From Pavona decussata (taxonomy: Eukaryota), in assembly GCA_977016875.1 (NCBI GenBank), contig CDRNST010000176.1, positions 124,001-188,000 of the forward strand: DNA of 64,000 nucleotides, read 5' to 3'. Positions 13,325-26,000 of the stretch are shown here, piece by piece; the first letter of the stretch is position 1; the number at the start of each line of letters is the position of its first letter. The notes beneath the pieces are model-generated. The model saw nothing but the letters and a program-made list of their open reading frames with translations, did no database searches and was not told the origin of the DNA. Both the position numbers and the translations under genes were made by a program.

Positions 13325-15336
13325 ATGAGTTCAAGGTGAGTTTCCTTTTATTTAAATAACCTATCCTGAAAAGTAAGCATTCTACTACAAGTAAGGCACA
13401 AAAAGTATGTTCGAGATGTGGGAGAACCCCATTATCACTCGACGTTTTTGTCGCCAACTGTTCAACAAATCGAGTTTATTTAGTATACCTTTGAGTCTTG
13501 CATAACTTTTATAGCTTGCGCCCGAGACGTAAATACTAATATTTATAGTATTTCTTCGCTCATTGCCACTGACAAATATACATTTAACCTCTTTTATTTT
13601 TTTAAATATATAAAAAAACCTCTTTTAAGCTCAATAGAGTTAGGTGCCTCCTTTTTTTTTCGGTTAACGAAATGGATTTTTTTTCCTAAAAAACCAACAA
13701 CTGTAGGTTCGAAGAACAGCCGCTGCAGCCTAAACGCAGGCATGGAAAAGCCTTGGAAATGGCAAGGATATCAGACGTGTGTAGAGAGGACAAGAAGGTA
13801 ATTCTTGTTGGTGATTCAATCACAAAAATTTTGGAAAGGTATGGTTCAACTTATTCCACCTACTTTCTTGCTTCTACAGTGGTGAATGCCGGTATTCCTG
13901 GAGACACCGTGGAAGCAATTCTTTACAGAGCCCTCAACATGCCTTTCCCTTCATCTGTTACTGACATCTCCCTTCTCTGTGGAACTGAAAACCTTTCTTC
14001 TACAGCAGCAGCAACCATTTCTGCAACTGTCATGGAAATTTTATTTATTCTTCACCAAAAATGCCCAACTGCTTCTATTCACCTCTTTCCAATTTTGCCC
14101 CGATTCGATAATTATCAGTCTCAAGTGCGCGTAGGTAACTCACTTATTAATTTTCAGGTCAAAGAAGCCTTTTCAGACAGTGTTTTCCTCCATGATTTGC
14201 CGTCGTCCCTGTACAACAGGAATGTGTACAGGGATGACAATATACACCTAACTAACAATGGCAATGATATCCTTGTCAGATGGATCCACTTCTGCATGAA
14301 AACTTCACCTGTTCCTCAACCTAAGCCTGACCTTCCCCCAGCTGCCACCGACTTTTCAAGTGCTAATGCTGATTGGCCTCCCTTACCCTCATCCACCCCA
14401 AAACCGAGTCTGTTTCTTCATTCCAGTTCAAAATCTAACCCTCCCAGTTCTAACCCCAACCGTCCCAGTTCAAAACTTATCCCCATCCGTCCCAGTTCTA
14501 ACCCCACCCATCCCAGTTCAAAATCTAGCCCCACCCATCCAAGTTCTAACCCCACCCATTCCAGATCAAAACTTAACCCCACCCGTCCCAGTTCTAACCC
14601 CACCCATCCCAGTTCAAAATCTAACCCCACCCATCCCAGTTCTAACCCCAACCGTCCCAGTTCAAAACTTAACCCCATCCGTCCCAGTTCTAACCCCACC
14701 CATCCCAGTTCAAAATCTAACCCCACCCGTCCCTGTTCAAAATCTAACCCCATCCGTCCCATTTCTAACCCCACCCATCCCAGTTCAAAATCTAACCCCA
14801 TCCCTACCCAACCCAGTTCAAAACCTAGCCCCACCCATCCCAGTCCCAAACCTTGTCCTACCCTGCACCCCAGTTTGAACCCCAGCACTATTCTACTTAA
14901 TCCAAAACCTCACCATAATCAACCATCTCCAACGCCTAGCCCTCAACAGCCAAGCCATGCTTCACCTAGTCCAAAATCTGCCCATACTCAACCCAGTCCA
15001 AAACCAAACCTGATTGATGCAACGCCTAAACCCTGCTCAACTAAATCCAGTCCGAAACCCACCCCCACTCAACCTAGATCAAAACATCACTCAAAAAGAC
15101 CCCCAACAAAACCCATATCAAAAGACAGCCCTACTGAACCTAGTTCAATTCCTGATGGAATCCAACCTAGTACAGAACCTGGGCCCACAAATCCCAGTGC
15201 AACGCCAAGCTCTTCGCAACCTGATGCCAGTCTAGCCGGTCCTTCTCGGTTACACTTTTCCATGTCAAAATTGTTTTGCATATATTTGCAGATATGCTTT
15301 CCTTTTTATGTTCTGATTGTTTTAGCAGAATTTTAG
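13325..15336 (+). CDS. SGNH/GDSL hydrolase (PAF-acetylhydrolase Ib-like esterase domain) with Pro/Ser-rich repeat stalk and hydrophobic C-terminus
   Basis: 527-aa ORF 13753-15336 has SGNH blocks VILVGDSI, NAGIPGDT, LLCGTEN, ILPR, DNIHL. It extends in frame to an acceptor at 13706/13707. Two phase-2-compatible upstream starts: ATG 13325 (exon 13302-13335, MSSR|FEEQ..) or ATG 13063 (exon ending 13112). Confidence 0.72.
14425..14885 (+). repeat. Coding minisatellite, mixed 21- and 27-nt units encoding NPT(H/R)PSS(KS)
   Basis: Repeated AACCCCACCCATCCCAGTTCT / ...CCCAGTTCAAAATCT units within the SGNH ORF. Confidence 0.9.
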
Positions 15337-15733
15337 CCCCTGGTCTGAGCAAGCAAAAATTCTTATTGGCTCCTTATCATCTGCGATAAGTGACCGACTT
15401 TCCCGATAGAGAGATATCGCCTAGTTGCAGTTTTTCCCTTTTAGTTTTTCTTTTCTCTTATTCACTTTTCCTTGCAGTTTTCCGATTTTCTTTTTCTTTT
15501 TTCCTGGGATGGGAGCCTGGGGAAGTGATGAAAGAAGTTGTCGGTTTCATTGCTCCCGGGAAACAAATCCTGCGTTCTGATTGGTCAGCGACAACCGCGT
15601 TCGTGTAGTGAACTAATCTTTCAAACTGTGAAATGTGTGTGTGGTTTTGTTGGAGGAAATGTCGGCTTTATTTGCCCGTTTTTTCTCGTTTCTGGATTGA
15701 TCTGGTGCACTAAAGGTTCTCATTGCACACAGC

Positions 15734-18700
15734 ATGGCTACTAAGCATACCAACTCTCTGGAATTGAGCGATTTTGAGCACCTTCGCAAAGAGAACGCCG
15801 TTCTTCGCGACGAGTTAACACACTTGCGTGAAGAAATTTCCGGCGAAAGACGCACTCACGAGCAAATGTTGAAAAGTTTTCAAGCTTGTCACAACGAAGA
15901 TACGAGGAAAGTAAGAGAGGAGAAGAAACTCACATCGAAGTTGGCAGAGGAGAACGGGGAGCTACGCTTGGAGTTGAAAGAGCTCAGGAAGCGCGCTTCG
16001 GTTGGTTTATCAACTCGAGATCGCGAGAAATTGAAACCAGACCAGGCTGATCTTGGCGCTCGTTTGCTAAATGAGCTTACTGGTTTGGGACAAAGGCTTG
16101 GTACGTTACACAGCGATTTATTATCAAGTCCTGTTGCGAGAAGCTTCAACGGAAAGCATTCTGCAAGTCACGGTGAGATCGGAATTTCTAATCTCAGTGA
16201 GTAATAATCTAGTTTAGATATGCTCGCGCGCACTGGTATTATCCATGTTTATTGATGCTGTAGAATCAGGTTATCCGTAACAGTTAAGGAGCAGATTATA
16301 GTAGATGAGACCAGTGTTGTAGCAGTGGATGGAAAAAATATTTGTGTACATTTAACTGATTCGAAAGGAATTATTTTAATCCGAGAAAATATTCAATTAA
16401 TAGCGGAAGGTTTGATTTAGTAATTTCGTCCGAATGATTCGAATAGAATGTTGACATTCCATATTCTTTCGGAAAACAATCGATTAACAATGCTAAGCTG
16501 CCCTGAAAGATCTCTAAAGTTGAGTTTTTGCTTTGTTTAGAACATGAGGGTTTCTCTTAACAAAAATTAAAATAAATTTGGTGCAAAAATCGTTTTACAT
16601 CTTCCTCCTCAAAGGCTGGTTTGTTGATCGTAGAGATGTCCGTGTGTAAATGGCTATTTTCTGAAGTTGCATGTATATTATGCTATTACGTACATAATTC
16701 AAGTGTTTTTGTCTGTATGGGCCTTTGTGGTGATTGGAGCTGTCTGTTTCGTGTTTAGTTTTGCTTCTGATTAACTCTCTTAAGTGTTCCATTAAGAGAA
16801 ATTTAATTATCCCAGATGTGATAAATTCAAATTAAACTAGGTTTGGAATGCGATGTTTTTCTGTAATTGTTTGTTTTCCTTGGGCAGGCAACATTATTTT
16901 TCTGGGAACATGATACAATCAATAATTTAGTTCACAGACTGTAAAATGATTTGTGGTTAGTGCAGTGGGTGATAATTGCCTTGTGATCACAAACTGTGAA
17001 AAGTCAAATGGCCCCAACTCATGGTAGCTTTTAATAATTAATTGTCATAATCCAAAAGAGTTATTTTTGTAGAAAGCCTGATCTGCATCAGAAAACTAGC
17101 TAACACCAGGAAGCTAAGGGTAAACATAGAATTTTGAGTGCAGTTTGGGAGAAATTGAATTTTTGTCACATATTTTATCATTGCAAGTCCCTGTTGTACC
17201 ATAGAAAATTACACAAGGAAAGTACTTGTCTATCAAAATGGATCACTCTCTCATGGCAGAAACTTCAAGTACAACAGACAGCTTTTATTGTTAACAGTCC
17301 AATTGGTGCCAGAAAGATCTAAGTTCACAATGTATAAACTACACCTTAATGGACATCCCATCACATGGGCTCCTTATTATCAACCCTCTCGCAGTGTACT
17401 GGCAGCTGCTGAGTGGTGATTTTGGTGCTTAGTTACCGCTGCTTTCGACTTACTAAGGGCCTGACTACTCGGCGAATTTCAACCCGGGCTAAAAGTTTGG
17501 CTTGGTTGGGAAGTTGAGATTATGCAGTTCCAGATAAATCCAACCCCCCCCCCCCCCCCTTCATCCATGGAACGTCATCGTTATCATCCTAGGAGAAGGG
17601 GAGTCTTAGAAGCCAAAGTTTTAGAAGCAAAGTATGAAGCTAAACTTGAATTTCCTGGGGGAGGGGGGATGCAAAACAAAAAACCTTTCGTGGGGAGAGT
17701 GTGGATATTTTCTGGAACTGCACATTTATGATGAATTTCTGCCTTGGCACAATTGAAATTTTTGTTGGGTAAAATCAAATCAAGATAAATTGTTTATTGA
17801 ATTCACATTGATTTTGCACGGCAGCCCAAATTCACTTTTTTGCCCGGGGTTAGATTTGACAGTATTTACTTGAGATTTTTCAGCCCGTTTGACCGGTGCT
17901 GAAAGTTCCAGCCCTGTTTGAGCTGGAACTTTCACACTGGGCTGAGTTCCGATCCAGCCTGGAACTTTCTTCATTTAATATTATTACAAATTCTTTTCTA
18001 AGAGGATTTGTTAACAATTAAAGCCAGAGTGAATTTCAGCCTCGCTGAAATTTGCCATGTAATCATTTAGCCCCAATAAAACAGTTTGAGATGGCTGACT
18101 AATTGAAAAATTCTCATAAGCATTCTGAAGCATTCATAAATGTTTGAAACTATTTGCTTTAAGTTACTGCAGCTGATCTTCAGTTGTCTTCCTTTCTTAT
18201 TTTTAGTTTTGGTGACCTTCTGATGCTGCCAGGAGCTTATTATCATAAAGCCAAGCCTCATACAGTGTATTTGTGCAGTGGCATTTTCACAAGCTTTTAA
18301 GATAACAAGTTTTTCACAAGTTTTTTTTTATGATAAGCTTTTCTTAAGAAAACTGCTATAGCTGTTCTTTGCAAAACCAAATACAGAGATTACTGTTTGA
18401 AATAGTTTTAGAATACTCTTTTAAAGGAAATTCCTGTCCTTCGCCAACCATGTTTAGTACACTTGTATGTCCCACATGGAAGAGTGACCAGTTTTGAAAA
18501 TATTTTGCCAAGCTATTTATGTGCGATTTTCTTTGATTGGTTATTCAAAACCAATCGTGGGAAAGATTGATCAATCCAATAATCACCAAACCTGTGAAAG
18601 TGCCATTTCACTGACAAAACTTATAGAAGTTGAATGTCCCAAGTATCACAAATATTGAGCGGGAGGGAGTTCCAGTAGCACAAATTAAAAGTTAATATGG

Positions 18701-20056
18701 TTGTGATCTGGGCTATAGCATGACTTTTGTTTTTAACTGGTCTCCTGCACTCAGCCTGGAATGGGTGCATTTTTTTTTCTGTTTTGGATCACTCAAGATT
18801 TTCATATCTGGAAAAGAACTAAGAATGATCAAATTTCTGTAAACTGAAAATAACACTGCTCATTTTGTAGAGGATGCAGCGGCAGTCAAAGAGCACTTTA
18901 AGAAACTCAGTGCTGAACTGGTGAGTTTGAGATCCCTGCTGACAGCAAAATCAGGCATTGGACTGAATGGAATTCTACTTACGGATCACAGAGAAGGTAA
19001 AAACTTATCAAGAATCCATTGCATTCTTGGTAGCCTCAATAAGTATTATATATACCTTTTACCAACCAAGTTTAAGGTCCGTACTGAAAGTGATGGACCC
19101 AGTTTTTTCCCATTGATTTAAGGCCCAGGCACGAAGCACATGGGCCGTAAATCAATGGGAAAAACAAGGATCCGTAACTTACAGTATGAACCGAGAAAAC
19201 AAGTTCAGTAAGATATTTATTTTATCTCTGAGGTTAATTGGGTGCGCACTAAAGGAAAACTTTCAAATTGACCAATCACACTGCATGTACTAACTGAGAG
19301 ATGTAATAAACAGGAAGAAAGAAATAGATCAAATACAACATAACATGGTTTAGAATCCTGCTGGCAGGAGGTGGACCAGCTAGCTATAAGTGCGGGAGAG
19401 GGGTTGAATTCTGGACCACAGAGAACTCTAGGTGAACCTGGGACCTCTGAATTACAAGTCTGATGCCCTAACCACCTGGCCACGCTGCTTCAAACATAGA
19501 ACACAAAAAGACCACCAACCTTTCCTAATAACAACAGTGTACATGTACATTAAGCACCCCAGTATCTAGACTATGAGGGGAGAATGGTAACTGCGCCAGG
19601 GATCCAAATCTTCAGCGCAAGTACCTCTTCTCTGCTGATATGTTTGTAGCTTTAAGTTTCTGCCTCTGTTCTCTGTCTTCTCGACATTACAGAAACGTTG
19701 TTTTTCTTGTCTAGATAGTGCAAAGGAAGGGGAGAGGGCTTGGGGACTGAACATCCTTTTTCCTGAATCCTTTGGTACTGTGTTCACTCCCCTTAATTAG
19801 TTTTAAAACCTACTAGTGCAAAGGAAGGGGAGAGGGCTTGGGGACTGAACATCCTTTTTCCTGAATCCTTTGCTACTGTGTTCACTCCCCTTAATTAGTT
19901 TTAAAAACTAGCTTTTTAATTTTTATTCATAATTATTGTAATGTGTAAATAAATTTATGTCTGTTCTTTGTAGCAAAAAGTTTTGTAATTAGAAAGTGCT
20001 TAATGGGTTAAATGGAATTAGCACTATGATTAGTATCATAAATTATTATTATTATA

Positions 20057-20098
<42 letters not shown>

Positions 20099-23000
20099 GT
20101 TAGAAGATGTGTGGTTGTATTAATTAGGTAACTACTAATTTTCTATTCTGTTATTGAAGTGTACTTGAAATGTTTCTTTTCCCAGTCAAGACCAGAGGTA
20201 TGCCATCAAATTCCGTGGATGGAAACATAACCAGTCTTCCACCAGATGACTTAGTTCATGTTACTGGACCTATCACAGAGGATGCCGTCATCAGAGTGCT
20301 ACAGCAAAGGAGTGCAGCAGGAGAGAATTATGTTAGTACAATAACAATAGGTGTTTCATCTGCTTATTAATCAATACAAAATAGTATTTTAAAAGTTATT
20401 TTGCATCCAAGTTCATTTTGACGCGCAATCAACATTTTTTTTTTTTGACCAAGAAATCACCAAGGTCTTCTCAACAAACTCCTAAAACTCCTTAAGGCAT
20501 AGAGCTTGTGCATAGGGTTGAAAGGAGTGTGTAAAACCTAACAACTGATTAGAAGAGAGACATTCAATGATGATTTACATGTAATTTAAGACTTTAATAC
20601 TTTTACTTTCAGACCAGCTTGGGTCCTGTGTTGATTGCTCTGAATTCATTTGACCAAATTCAGTCAAAGACAGGTCTCATGCCCAATCAACAGCTGCAAA
20701 CAATCATACAAACTGTTACAAGGAAGTTGGCCTCCTCTGGTGCTCCACAGGTTATTGTATTGAGGTATGCAAGTCATGCTTTTTGTTGTCTGTATTTCTT
20801 TGTGTGGTGCAAGTGCAACAGTGTAGTGGTTAGTGTTGAAAGTTGGTGGATTGAGGCTCTGTCGGTGTGTTATTCCCTTAGACAAGAAACTTTGCTCCAT
20901 TATTATTAATTGTCTCTCTTCACCCAGGTGCATAAATGGGTACATGTGACATACTGCTTGGGGGTAACCCTGCGATAGATTAGCATCCCATTCAGGGGGG
21001 AGTAGCAACCAATCCTAGCTGCTTCATGGTACTAAAACAAGGTCATATAGGCCACCTTGTCTCTTGTGTGACCTTAATTGTTAATAAGTTCCTTTCAAGA
21101 CTGTTTTGGGTGGAAGCTCTGATGTAAATCTTCATTTCTCACATTAAATATGAAATATTAAATGTTAAATATTAAATATTAAATAATTAATATTAAATAT
21201 TAAATTTTAAATTTTGAATTTTAAATTTTAAATTTTAAATATTAAATATTAAATATTAAATTTTAAATATTAAATGAGGAGTTCAATAAACAAGGAGATT
21301 CTTCAGATAACTGTAACTTGGCAGAGAGCTGTGGAAAGGTTTCATGTGCAGGTAAAACTTCAATTATAATAGGATATACTACTAACGATTATTGTCAGTA
21401 GTAAATCTTTCTTTGTTTGAAATTTTCAGTGGCAGTGGAGGAAGTGGAAAAACATTCACAGCCCAGGCCCTTGTACAACATCTGCTAGAACAGACAGGGG
21501 GAGGTCTGGATTCTGATATCTGCAAGGTTTGTTTACACATCATTCTATTTTTAGCCATTATGGAAACAGACTTGGTGTTTTCCTCAGTGAAAACCTTACC
21601 AATTTAACATTCTGGATCAAGGATTAGCAAACAAAAACTGTTGTATTTGCAAACACTGGGCAAGTGTTTAGGGGTTTCTTTCATTGTGGTGTATCTGACT
21701 TCCTGGTACAATTCTTCACTAGAGCCTTTAGTTTTGTTTAAGGTCTTTTAAAATCCTACAGGATGTTACACGGCAATCATCGTATAGGATCTTGTAAAAT
21801 GTTACCAGGCTTCTTGAAGGATCCTATTGGATCAGAAAGGCATGATCCAACAGTAACTGTGGAGAAACTAGGAGGAAGTTGGGAGGGGCTTCAAGGTTTT
21901 TTGTTTGGAGATTACAGTGGAAGATCCTTGGAGATCTTTGAGTATTAGAAGTGCAGAGGCTTAAGGATCCCACTCAAGGTCCTATAGGATTGTTATGGCG
22001 ATCTTCAAAGAACCTTGAGAATGTTTCAAAAGTTTCACCATGGATTCCCCCCCCCCCCCCCCACCTCCTATGATAGCAGAAATATCCTGATCTTGTTCTT
22101 TTTGGATCTTACAGTACATGTGTCTTTTTCAGTAAGTCAGTATTTGCTCAGTCTATATTAAGCTCATTTTATGGTTGAATTTTCTGTGCCATTGTCTGAT
22201 CATAGGTAAATTGTGGTGGATGAATCATAGATGGCAAATCATGCTTGAAAATTTTTGGGCTGCACTCTGCTGTTAGTTCAAATACCTGTAAAACTGAATA
22301 AAATAATTTTTAAACAGCTGTTTATTTATTCATCTGCCAATCATCAATGCTAGCATCTATTTATTATTTTCATTATTTTTTTTACAGCATTTTCTAGCCT
22401 CTATCACTGTGCTCCAGTCTCTTGGGAATGCTAAGACAGCTACAAACTCAAACTCCTCCAGAATTGTAAGATTTACTTACCTCACTTGCAAAGCTGTTAA
22501 TAACTTAGTTTTCATAGACAGTGAAGCTCTACCTGTAACTAGACAATTTACGAGATCTACTAGGACATCGAGAAGTAGAACTATTACTTATATTCCTAAC
22601 CGAAGTAGAACTCTTACTTATCAACGTTCATTTTTCATACGCGCGTGCCGCACATGGAAATTGTTTTTCCCGCTGAGCTACGCACAAGTCACATCTCTTT
22701 AGCTTTATTCAAAACTTTATTACTTCAATATTATAAAAAGGCTTTGAACTTGTACGACGCTGATGACATTAGAACTTGGAGAACAATCTGTCCTAGGTGT
22801 AACACAGTGAGGTCTCTCCTATGCCCGCCAACGTGCTGCTTCTAGCAATTTGGTCTCCCGCCTTGTCTCCTCTCAAGTTTTATGCTTACATATTAGTAGT
22901 TTTAGTTGTTAAGCATGTTTTTTTTGTATAAATAATTAACTAGGGATGCGCTGTAATTGGCTACGCTGTAGTAGTCTCCCTGCCTAATTATTATATCTTT

Positions 23001-26000
23001 GGTATTTTTTTTGTTTCTATTGTTTGTTTCCATTCTGTTTGTATTTTAGTTAGGCGAAGCTAAATAAAAAAATAAATAAATTATAGCTGTACTTAATCCT
23101 ACTCTTGTGGAGGTTCGTGATTGGTATATGACAAATCTTTTGACTTTCATGCAACTCAGGTTGCTCAATAATTGTGAGCCCTGCCTGTCCAGCTAACAAG
23201 GCCCTCTTTGTTCATATTAATAAGATTAACATTCATTATTAATAAAATGAAATTATGTAAATATTCAACAATGACTTATTGTTGTCAGCTGACAACTGTG
23301 TGAATCATTTGCATAATTCCTTGATGGTATCTTTTAAATCAATAATTGAAAAAAAAAATGTATTGCATAGAATGCATTTAGTTTTACTTAAAACTGGAAT
23401 TCAATCATTACTTCCTTGTGTAAACAGTGATAAATGTTGCCTGCTAGTTAAGATGCACAAAATGTTAAAAATTCATTAATGAATAAAATAATCAATACAT
23501 TGTATATTGTTGTACTACATTTTATATAAATAATATTGTTAAGTGAATATCTGAACTCATGGATTGTTCAAAATTTGGAGAGTTGTCTACTAGATATTTC
23601 TATTATTCAGGATATAAACGAATTTTTAAGCATTATTAATTAATTTGAGGTTTGTGGAATGGGTAAATATTGTGCACTGAATAGGGCTTTATCCACTGGA
23701 TGTCAAGCTATTAAGCTACAAGATGTATTCAGGTCTAAAACCTGCTACCAGCTGAAATAAAATCCACTTACTGAGAAAAGGAGAAAATTGTATGAGAAGG
23801 TCAATGGTCTTATGAATGACCTTGTAATAATATTAGACTGAACTTACTAGATGAAACTTTTGTATGGGTACACGCTGAGTGCCAAATATTCAAGATCATG
23901 GATGTCTCCTGTATAGTGTGGTGGAGGGCCAGAAGTGGGGGAAGGTGCTAGCATCTGTAAGGAGAGCTGCCTGGCCACAGATGGCACTTTTCCTGTGGTT
24001 GTTATCTCCGTGTTTGTGTAAACAGATCAAAATATTATTAATGTGCATGTACCTATATGTAAATAACAGAAACAATGGAACAAGGTGTATAGTTTGTAGA
24101 CTGCGAATTGGACCTACAAGCTTAGTGGCAGACCAATGGGAGGACCCCGAGTCACACAGCACCCCATTTTTTGTCTGTTGAAATCCAGTTCCCCAGCTCA
24201 TTCAAATTTCTTGATCCACCACTGCAGTTGAAATCATAACAAATGAACTCATGATCGATTTGCCGCTTGAATTGTATAATTTTTGTTTTTCCTTCTAGGG
24301 TAACCTATTTGAGTTTCACATGTCTGATGGTGTAGTGTCAAGAACAAAAATCCAGTGCTACCTTCTTGATTCTGTAAGTTCAGGGAGCCATTTCTCAGAC
24401 AACCTGATACCTTACTTGGCCTTGCTGAAAACTATTCTACAGGGATTTGATTTTTATTGAATTTGAAAGTTGTTTTCACACTCGTATGATAGACCTTTGG
24501 ATTTAGAAAGTTGAGGAGATAGGAATGTTAAATTTGAATACGCATAGGTTTGAATTGATCTTGGTGACACATAAATGACAAATTGTTGGCTGCTCACACT
24601 TAGAGAGCTGCACATACACATGTCTTGCGGTTTAAATTTGTTATCTACCAGGGTGATGATTTTTAAACCAGAGGTTGGGGTTATAGGGAGGTGGGTCCGA
24701 GGGTTATCAAATGGCAATTTTTTTTAATGAGAAGCTAAGTGTGAAGCTAAACTGGATTTTTTTAAACAACTTTTATGAAACTTCACAACAGCATAAGGTA
24801 AAGAAAATTGATACGAAATGTTTACTCTACAAAGGGAGGGGCATTTAAAGAGGACTTAAAAACCTACATGTACACAAGGTATCCTCCATCTTGCAAAATT
24901 AAGCCTTCTTTGGTGAGTGGGGGGGGGGGGGGGGGGGGAGTTGGTGTATGGTTATTTTTTGAAGCAACACCGTAGATGTTGATCACCTGTAAGGTTAACA
25001 GGCTGTTTGCTCTGTTTAACAGACAAGAGTTGCATGTCCACCTGTCGATGAGAAGAATTATCACATATTTTACCAGCTGTTATATGGTGTAACACAGGAG
25101 GAAAGAGGTACAGCTATCAGTTTATCACTGGTCTCCCTGTGAAAACGACGTCTAATCATGAACAATATCCGTACCGATGATTTAATTATTACCTAGATAT
25201 GGGTAGTAATTCTGATTGGTTGAAACAAATTTTCAGTGTAATATGCCTATATCACAAAAAAATTGTGGTTTAAAAGATTATGGAAAGGATCAATATTGGC
25301 CACCACTTCCTGTTGTGTCTTGTTGACTGCCCAGTAGCTTTCGTTTGAATGGTCATACTTTCGGATTTCATCCACAGAATTGAAACTTAGAACCACCTTA
25401 TACAGCACTTGTCATGGGAGGTTGATTTGTCTTTCAAGGCATGTTTAAATTTGACCAGTTGTAATTTTATTCATTTTGAGATTTTGTCCTGACTTGTCTC
25501 CACTTGTTCATTGTGGTTTAACTGTGGAATTACATGTATGAAGTGTCTGATAGGGGATGAGTCATTGTTTTTCCCTCATTAAGCTTGACTCATTCCTATT
25601 TGGTTGACACCCTTTCTTTATAGTCAAGCTTCATCTCCAAGGATACAGTGTTCATCTGCTGTCATACCTCAATAAAAGTCCCATTCCTTACAACGAAGAC
25701 GAGGAAGAGTACAGAGCAAAATTTGAAAGGTGGAGGGTACGTTCACATGTTGATACAAGATGTAGTCACTAAAATTACTGATGAATGTCTTTTTTAATCA
25801 TCATTAATAAATAAATTAATTTGTTCTTTCATTTGATTAATTTGTTCAGTGATTAATTGACTGATTCATCTGTTCCTTTGTTTGTTCTTTGTCGTCATTT
25901 GCATGTTGGGTTTTTTCCTTATTGCTTCCTTTCCAAAATTAGTATCCTATGTAGGCATAATTAGGGTCATCTTGCAACACTTTTCCACTTGTTGCGTGAC

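Noticed and set aside
14360-14888. 172-aa (+, alternate frame) and 156-aa (-) ORFs
   Set aside because: Shadow frames of the coding minisatellite; only the SGNH frame connects to a recognisable domain
15734-16204. 156-aa coiled-coil ORF as a stand-alone gene
   Set aside because: A GTGAGT donor at 16197 joins in phase to the Dachs-like exon at 18871, so it is better explained as dachs exon 1
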